A stretch of 60,846 bases of DNA, the filler included, from Sluysia triapertura (Eukaryota), in NCBI GenBank assembly GCA_046118255.1. It is 4 parts of 4 records of this genome, joined end to end, with 100 filler letters (N's around TTAATTAATTAA, not from the genome) between each part and the next. Parts side by side here need not be neighbours in the genome. Positions count along the whole stretch, not along the records: positions 46,871 to 60,846 come from JBJNIA010011873.1; 3 more parts are not named here. The stretch is one strand, 5' to 3'. The position numbers and the translations under genes are program-made. Below, piece after piece: positions 52,882 to 60,846 of the stretch. Each line of letters starts with the position of its first letter. Positions within the stretch are counted from its first letter, which is position 1. The notes beneath the pieces are model-generated. The model saw only the letters and a list, made by a program, of their open reading frames with translations, was not told where the DNA came from and ran no database searches.

Positions 52882-52882
<1 letters not shown>

Positions 52883-52946
<64 letters not shown>

Positions 52947-52950
52947 TATA
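52883..52950. repeat. (AAT)n microsatellite
   Basis: Direct reading. Confidence 0.95.
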
Positions 52951-53426
52951 TTCGTTATTATTAAATTATTATTTGGCAATTACACTGAATCCATTTAAGT
53001 AGATTAATTATGTTTAATAATATGATGATAACTTTTATTCAAGATGTTAAATATGCACATATGCGGAGTAAGGAGAAAAGTAACTGTTTTTTGAATAGGA
53101 ATAGTTTGATTTGGTTAAAGTTATTGTATGTTTGTTTTTTGTGTATGGTATTATACACAAATGACGTCATTTTTTGTGTAACAAGATCGTCAGCAAGAGT
53201 TTGAGCCATCACAGTAACTAATATGTAACTTTATAATTTGACAGTTAGAAACGATGTTCCGTTTGATCGTTTATCTTCAAAATTAGGAAGCCAAACAATT
53301 TATGAATACAAAGTAATTTATAAATAACTACATTGTGTGTTTACTTTATGTATTAAAAGTTTTGTCTGAATTTCAATACATAACTATAACTTTTCTGTAG
53401 TTAATCCTCCATGGTTGTGGTTAATT

Positions 53427-54896
53427 TTATTCTCTACTTGCATAGTAGATGCATTTAATCTGTTTGAATGTTACCATATTTTTATTGTGTTTTGAGGGCT
53501 TAAACTTCAGTGTAACCTGATGACAATTAAAAAGCTTAAATCTTATAGTATCAAGTATAACTATGATAAAGTCAAACTTTAAGGGTTTAGATTTAGTAAT
53601 ATGGTTTTGTGTATGAGTTACAACTTCAATAGTCTCCTGTTGTTGAAGATTATCTAAGGTGATGATGTCATTATTGTCAAAGATCTTTTTGTTTTTTAAG
53701 TGGTTGATCATATCGCTAAGTTCATGGAACTCCGTAACCTGGATGCTAAACTCATATTGGAAAATAACTTTATTTACACCTTTTATATTTCTTATCTCTA
53801 CATATTTATTTATTTCATGATAATATAATTCATTGTTAGCAAAAAATAAATACACGTTAAAGACAACAATGTTTTTAAAACTAAATTTATTTACAATTAC
53901 TAAAAAGTTAAAATTTTTGTTTACGTATTTTATTCTCGTGGGTAGCTGCTTCTTTTCATTTCTGGATCCAGCTTCAAGTTCACACATACTGCATAACCTA
54001 TAATAAATTATATGAAAATGTTTAAAGTGGTAAAAAGGATCATTAATAAAATCAATTATAAAGTTGTTACTTTGTATATCTCCATGTTTGATTAAATTGT
54101 CCACTTTGAGTAGATCTTTCGTAGCATTGCACGACCCTTTTTCCTTCCTCGAGAATTGACGGGTGAATCTGCCATAACCAGGACCACCGTAATCATCCAG
54201 CAATGAGTTTCTTGTGTAATTCCCATTCTTCAATTCCACTCGTTCTTCATTTAAATTGAATTCATCATCTTTGTTGATAGCATTCATCTTAAAATAAGCA
54301 GACTTCAGTTTCGCTCTTGTGGTTTTAGCATTTCGATTTAATAGTTCTAAGTCATTGTTTGTTATAACGTTTTGATCCAGAGATGATTGGTGCCATTGTC
54401 CAATACATAATGCTAATCGGTTATTTTTTGAAGCGTAATTACATAATGTTGGTTGTAACCTTCTGGTTTTGGTTCTCTTAAATTTTGTAGCATATTTGTA
54501 TTTCCAATTAATTACTAAATCTGTGCTCTGGCAGACTTCATTCATAACTTCATTAATTTCAGTATGCTTGACACGATACTCTTTATTCATTTGAGACGTT
54601 CCGTTTACTTTCGTAAAAATTTTAACATACTCGAACAATTTGTTGATATATTTCTTGATAACATATAGATTTATTATAAGAGAGCGCATTTCCCATAATA
54701 ATAAAGTCTCGAACACAGCCACAATTATATTTGTTAATGATAATATAGTATTACTAATTTTTGATGTTGATCGTTCATGTCGGCGGATTATGTTATTACC
54801 AGTTTGTATAGATTCTTCACAATCATAATCTGTCTTGATGGGAAAATTTGACTCGGTAATTCTATCACTCATAGTTCGTTTACTGTTTGTTTTCAC
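53427..54896 (-). CDS. Intact intronless orphan ORF (489 aa; first ATG at 54872)
   Basis: 1470 bp free of stops in very AT-rich DNA; no domain recognised. Confidence 0.7.
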   Translation of the reverse strand: MKTNSKRTMSDRITESNFPIKTDYDCEESIQTGNNIIRRHERSTSKISNTILSLTNIIVAVFETLLLWEMRSLIINLYVIKKYINKLFEYVKIFTKVNGTSQMNKEYRVKHTEINEVMNEVCQSTDLVINWKYKYATKFKRTKTRRLQPTLCNYASKNNRLALCIGQWHQSSLDQNVITNNDLELLNRNAKTTRAKLKSAYFKMNAINKDDEFNLNEERVELKNGNYTRNSLLDDYGGPGYGRFTRQFSRKEKGSCNATKDLLKVDNLIKHGDIQSNNFIIDFINDPFYHFKHFHIIYYRLCSMCELEAGSRNEKKQLPTRIKYVNKNFNFLVIVNKFSFKNIVVFNVYLFFANNELYYHEINKYVEIRNIKGVNKVIFQYEFSIQVTEFHELSDMINHLKNKKIFDNNDIITLDNLQQQETIEVVTHTQNHITKSKPLKFDFIIVILDTIRFKLFNCHQVTLKFKPSKHNKNMVTFKQIKCIYYASRE

Positions 54897-55181
54897 TAAT
54901 TATTTTTATTGTACTGGAATCAGTTTGCTGTCGATAGTCGTTTGTTTGTTTTTTTTGCTTTTCTTGATGCTTAACTATTATTGTATATTATTTTAACTCT
55001 GTACGTCGTAATTTATTTATTAATTTCTAATTTTTGTATGTTCTATTATATTTTTAGATTTCCAAATTTTATTTTTTATTTATTTATTTTACAACCAATA
55101 AGTTGGCTTTTAATTCACCAATCATCACATCGTTTTGTTCAATGCATTAGATATCAACATAGACACATAACTATTGTTGTT

Positions 55182-55234
55182 TACCCAATCAGAGTGTTTT
55201 GTAAAAGTAGTGTAGAGTTTACTCTGATTGGGTA
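55182..55234. promoter_or_regulatory. Perfect 14-bp inverted repeat containing CCAAT boxes, upstream of the orphan ORF
   Basis: TACCCAATCAGAGT (55182-55195), 25-bp spacer, ACTCTGATTGGGTA (55221-55234). The repeat is seen directly; the promoter role is inferred. Confidence 0.5.
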
Positions 55235-56736
55235 GCTATAATTAAATACATTGCCAAGTGTAATTGACATACACAAGGCGTCATCAGAGTAAAAATGATT
55301 AATTTTTAAAAGTAAAAATATAAATGTTGATGAAAACATATGTTTTTAATCTTAATTGATAATAATGAAAATAGTGATATAATATAGATTAAAATGATAA
55401 TAACAGTGATAATAAAATGGGTACAATAATAATGATAATATTAATAATAATAATACTGATAATAATAAAATAATTAGGGATTACTGCATAATTCTTTATT
55501 TCTTTTAACAAGAACTTATCTTTAATCTTTTGATGTTTTACATATGTAATGATAAAAAGAAATGAACATGAGATGAATAAAAGGCTGTGAAGTAGTAACT
55601 GCTATGAGTGTACTCGATGTTATTGTGGTTGCTGCTTCACAGTGTAAAATAAAAGAATCTTTGAAATAAAATACAAATAAAAATGACAAGAAATAAATCA
55701 GAATGTATTGTGAGTTTAATAAATTCTTTGAAGTCGTACAAGATCTACTTGAGAACTGTGTAATGTTTATGGTTAAATGAAATGAAAAGTGTTACACATA
55801 ATTTGTTAACATTAATTGATGTTTTATAATTTGAAAACAAGGTCTATAAATTAGATTTGAAATGTTTGTTAAAAAGATTGAAGTTAATTTGGTTTTTAGT
55901 GATGATTGCGAAATAATTTTGTATATATTATGGTGTTATTAAAATGATTGCAGATGATGGGTATGGTTATGTGAAGTGGATTTGGAATGTTATTGTTGAT
56001 TGTTGTTTTAGGTGAGATGATTTTTGTTTTTGAAATAGTTAATAGGAATATTTGAATGTTATTGTATCTGTGATTTGTGAATTTTGTGTTATGGTTCTGA
56101 TTTATTTGGTGAAGTGTTTGATGAATGGATGTTATTTTAAATCTTAACTTATGGAGTTGGCCACTACATCTATATTATTTAATCTTGCATTGTTTAATCG
56201 TGTTGTTGGCTCGAGTGATAGTAGAATCGAAAATATTGAATAAAAGACTCGTTTTCTATACGATAATCAAAGATACCATTCGGTGAATCAAGCATATCTT
56301 TAGATAACTGACATTTGTTTAATATGGCTCTACATTCTATTAAGACATTCTTAAACACTCCAAAAAATGAATATACTTCAATATAATTGCAACTGGTTGT
56401 TTATTTGGTGCTTACTTGGTTTTCTCTTTCGCGTGTGTGTATAAAACGAAATAAAATTTTAAGTTACGAGTTGAACTCGAGGTGGGTAATGCACACATAC
56501 TTTTTGGAGTAGGGAAATTTATATGCTGATATTATGAAGTGGTTTTAAAATGTTTATGTTTCGCCAATGATTTTAAGTATGGTCTTTGTATCTGTTTATG
56601 AACTTGTTAAATGAATTGGGTATTACAAAGGATGGACATTCTTCCATGAACTGTTGTTATTCGATGATCTAGAAACGTGTGGATCTGAAGTGAATTCAAT
56701 GTATTATGTTGTAAATTTATTTTATAAATGGTTTAA

Positions 56737-57096
56737 GATGATGATGATGATGATATTTATGATGATGATGAAGGTGATGATGGAGGTGATGATGATTATG
56801 ATGATGAAGATGATGATGGAAGTGATGATGGAGGTGATAATTATGATAATAGTGATGATGATGAGGATGAGGATGATGATGAAGGTGATGATGGAAGTGA
56901 TGATGGAGGTGATGATTATGATAATAGTGATGATGATGATGATGAAGATGATGAAGGTGATGATGAAGATTATTATGATAATAGTGATGATGATTATGAT
57001 GATTATGATGATTATGAAGATGATGAAAGTGATGATGACGATTATGATAATAGTGATGCTGATGAGGATGATAATGATGATAAAGGTGATGATGAT
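56737..57096. repeat. Frame-preserving degenerate (GAT)n triplet array
   Basis: About 120 triplets with higher-order subunits (GATGATGGAAGTGATGATGGAGGTGAT; GATTATGATAATAGTGAT); a shorter related GAT/GGT tract lies at about 57825-57940. Confidence 0.9.
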
Positions 57097-57617
57097 CTGT
57101 AAGATGAAATTGTGTAGTGTGTCATTATTGTTGAATGATTTAATAATGGAATGTTATTCAGATTGAATAACAATGTGAATTGATTGATGTATGAAGAACT
57201 ATTACATGATCAAGGAATATGTGATTTTGATTGGATATTGTGTTGAATATGTTATGAGTTAAAGATTTATTAGGTACTGATACTGTAGTAAAATTAGATG
57301 TAATGAAATAAGGTACCATAATGATAATAATAATAATGATGTTAATAATAATTAATAATGATAATAATAATAATAATAATAATAAAATAATAGAAACCAC
57401 AAATGAATGAATGCTTTTTCTTGTATAACAACCTGTCTTGTATAATAATAATAATGTCTCTGAAACTATTATTCTGAAACTAGATGAATAAAATCACATC
57501 AGAATCGTATTTGTATTATTAGCTGTAATAATTAACAAATTTATCAATGTCAAATTGTGTCAGAAACAGTTACTATGGTTTAAATGGAAGAACACAAGTA
57601 TATGGAGCCTTGAAAAG

Positions 57618-57648
<31 letters not shown>

Positions 57649-58072
57649 CAATACTACGGTAACATAATGTAATAGTGATGGCGAGTGCGTGTGTGTCTGT
57701 GTGGAATTAATGAAATAGAAATTCTTTGTTTAAATTATGTAACTAAATAAAGCGAGTGTTTTGAATGTGATGTGAAGATGAATGACAGATCATTGACATA
57801 ATGACAGATGTGGTGATAATAACAATGATGGTGAAGATGATGGAGGTGGTGGTGGTGGTGGTGAAGATGATGATGAAGAAGATGATGATGGTGGTGGTGG
57901 TGATAAGGATGAGGAGTGATTATGGTGAAGATGATGGTAATAATAATAACTAATTATAATAATTATAATAATAACGACAATAATGATGATGCAGTGTATT
58001 ATTATTATTAATTATTTTATAAAATCTTCATTTTTCATTAATGATTTTAAACTGGATTTATTCACTGTCTAG

Positions 58073-58187
58073 GACAACGTTACTCAGATACCAGCACCAG
58101 CCCGTACTGTCGTCAATGCCGACAAATGAAGGGTCAGTGTTTTCTGTACAATCTGAGTGATCAACGCCGTTTCCATGTTACCTCAAA
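58073..58187 (+). CDS. Isolated internal exon, possibly integrin-alpha beta-propeller
   Basis: Pyrimidine-rich TAG acceptor and GTGAGT donor; only one frame is open: QRYSDTSTSPYCRQCRQMKGQCFLYNLSDQRRFHVTS, resembling the ..R(Y/W)....G.C(F/Y) segment of integrin alphas. Product is tentative. Confidence 0.5.
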
Positions 58188-58597
58188 GTGAGTTTAACAG
58201 AGTTCATTTTAAATAACCTTCTGTTTTTGATTTGTTTAATTTTCCTATTTTTGCTTTTGCTGTCCATTGAAGCAACAATTTAAAATTACGGTTTTGTAAT
58301 TATGTTAAATGAGCGATCTCATTGGATGATTGCAGTGTTACTAAAATTGGAAATGAATGTTCAGAAAATGATATTATTTTCTCGCTTACAACAGACAAAA
58401 TACAAAGTATCATTCTTAACCTTATTTATCTTTCCATCCATCAGTAATTCTGATACGAATACAACATTATTGTGTTGGTGTGACATTCTCATGTCATTGG
58501 TTACTGGTTTCTATTGGAGAAGTAAATGTTGGCTAAATTTGATAAAATTATCTCAATTTTCATTAAATTTATCAAATTTAATAATTATTATTATCAA

Positions 58598-58642
<45 letters not shown>

Positions 58643-58643
58643 T
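58598..58643. repeat. (AAT)n microsatellite
   Basis: Direct reading. Confidence 0.95.
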
Positions 58644-59159
58644 AGGAAGAAACAGTAAAATTGAACAGTCTATTGTTTGAATTATCTGAAGGTTACATTC
58701 AATAATAATTTATTTGAAATATTATTAATAATCATTATTTTTAAATGACTCAGCGATTACTTCAATAATGAAAAATAAAATAATAATGATGGGAGCAATA
58801 ATTGTTAGAATAACAATAGAAATAATAATAATTATTATGATTATCATTATTATGTACATAATAATAAACAATAAAATAATAATAATAATAATAAAATTAA
58901 TATTGTATTAATGATAATAATGATTATCATAATAAATAATTTATTAGAGTTATAATTATCAATTTAAATATCAAATTAATAATTTCATTCAGACAAGCAC
59001 TACGACGATGGACCTATTTAGTTATTAATTATCATTATAATAATCATGGATTGAACTCCTACTACTACCACTACTGTTACTACTACTAAAAAAATGTCAT
59101 TTGCAAAAATAACTACTACAAGAAAATATTTACAACTTATGCCAGAAGCTACCATACTG

Positions 59160-59480
59160 TATTTCCTTCTTGATTCACGTCTGTGATCTTCTAGATTTAT
59201 CCAGAGCCGAGCGATTATTTTTCAAAAAGATTTAATATACGAGTTAGAGTTAAATTCTTCCAAAGATTTCCAATTTAAGCAGATCGTCATAAAATCCGAA
59301 ACGTGTTTAACAGTGAGAGAAGATCTTTTCATTGTAACGAAAAGCTAATTCGGCTTCAGCGCTGCTAACTGCGATTGTGGCCTTTTTTCGATTTGGAATT
59401 TTCTAGTCAGTGTGCGTTTTGATTTCATTTTTCCAAATTAAATTTAAAGCTCTTTTTGTTCTCCTTCTGGTCATGGACAC
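59160..59480 (-). mobile_element. hAT transposase C-terminal dimerisation-domain remnant
   Basis: TIAVSSAEAELAF...LTVKHVSDFMTICLN..LEEFNS fits P.SSA.AER.FS...L....SDLM.I.LN. Confidence 0.7.
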
Positions 59481-60846
59481 GTAACTTCTTCAGGATAACA
59501 TACATTAAATAAGTTTTTCAAGAATAATCATAGAATAATTTAACAAAGGGTTCGCGCAAGCGCCCTTATCAATATATTAAATATATATTAAAAACAATTA
59601 AATATATATTTTACAATATTGATAATTATAAATAGATTATTTTTGTACAAAATTATTTAAATCTAAAAACCTATTTTATTATTTATTTATTAATATAAGT
59701 AGATCATCTTTTTATAAAAATGTAATTTTATGTCATCTTTAAACATACACATTATGGAAAAAGGAACTGATCTAATAAAGTAGAATTGACTCTATATCTC
59801 GTACTGTGTGATTAAAATATTTAACAACATCAAATACACAAAATTAATAATTAAGAAGTATTATTTTGAGTATTGCAATGTGAATTTTAAAATAGTAATT
59901 TTTTATGACCTTGTTTTTGTTTAAATAAATTAACAAATAATTTGATAATGTAAATTAATTTTCATTTGTTCACAATTATACATTAAAATTGATTTTGATA
60001 TTTTTTTGATATACTTTTTCTTCAATTTGAACCTATGCAAAAAGAAAAAAAATTGAGCATGGTCCGGTTAAAGTAAAGGTCTCGAATGTGTGGTTAGTGT
60101 CCTGTAATCTTAGTAATCTTAATATATTTACTCAAAAAACACGTCTAATACTTATCTAACTTAGAATTTACTAAAGAGGGTCTTATATAATCTTATCGAA
60201 ATTAAATCTTGTGTAATATAATAAAAATTCAACTAATACGAGTTTATTCAATAATGATTTATGCACAATAACAAAAAGGCAATCAAAAATTTAAAATAAA
60301 ATCTAATAATTTTAATATTAAAATCATTGTGTGATCCTTGTACTATTTGAATACATACAATAGTAAAATCGAAATTTGTATTTATTTTAATATTTTCATT
60401 ATTAAAATAAAAAGTGGTCTTAATAATAGAAAAGTTTACTCTTTCATTGATTGAAGAGAATTTCAGTTTAAAAATGGCGGAACACTGTATAGTCGTAAAA
60501 TGAATGACGATTAACAAATTAAACTGATGCTACTTTATATACTAGTCACCAGCCAATAGGAATCGCTGGAATAGGAAAGGATTGTAAGAAAATATCAAAT
60601 ATTTAATATTAAACATCATTATTTATAAATTTGAAGTAGATTTATTATTCGTGTTTTATATGGATTCACAAATAACATATTAATTGTATTGTAAAAAGTG
60701 TAAATATCAATTAAATAAAATATCACATATTCGAAAATTTATTGATAACTAACAACATAGATTTTAACGATGGTTTATTGTACTCAATTTCAGATAGAAA
60801 AGTGAAAAAATTACAATTAATAATTAATCAAGCAGCAAGATTAATT

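Noticed and set aside
53045-53332. TG...CA-bounded LTR-like segment next to the orphan ORF
   Set aside because: No TSD, PBS or second copy visible.
56654-57166. 170-aa Met-rich ORF
   Set aside because: Alternative reading of a (GAT)n triplet array; another frame explains the flanks better.
60178-60210. TCTTATCGAAAT-TAAATCTT resembling part of the triclad spliced leader as I remember it
   Set aside because: Short, AT-rich and rearranged, with no terminal ATG|GT donor or clear Sm site; likely chance.

Overview
AT-rich (roughly 75% A+T by eye), intron-containing eukaryotic DNA, probably an invertebrate and plausibly a flatworm (inference from gene style, not proven). The window is four unrelated contigs joined by artificial 100-bp spacers (N44-TTAATTAATTAA-N44 at 14910-15009, 31420-31519, 46771-46870), so adjacency across spacers means nothing biologically. 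Host genes appear only as exons: a Src42A/FRK-like tyrosine kinase (3 exons, minus), a SynGAP/DAB2IP-type RasGAP exon, an ATP11-like P4-ATPase (3 exons, plus) and one possible integrin-alpha exon. The rest is a graveyard of transposons (piggyBac, Buster hAT, Tigger/pogo, LINE, LTR and Penelope remnants) plus intronless orphan ORFs. Best lead: a 5'-truncated NeSL/Utopia/R5-group retrotransposon (CCHC knuckle plus restriction-like endonuclease) sits inside a tRNA-like Pol III unit (48935-49859), and an uninterrupted copy of that unit is at 11474-11545, suggesting target-specific insertion. Other leads: a decayed SRSF1-like RRM near an LTR-type RNase H remnant, and an intact 489-aa orphan ORF with possible decayed relatives. 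Translations outside the supplied ORF track were done by hand; no database searches were run.
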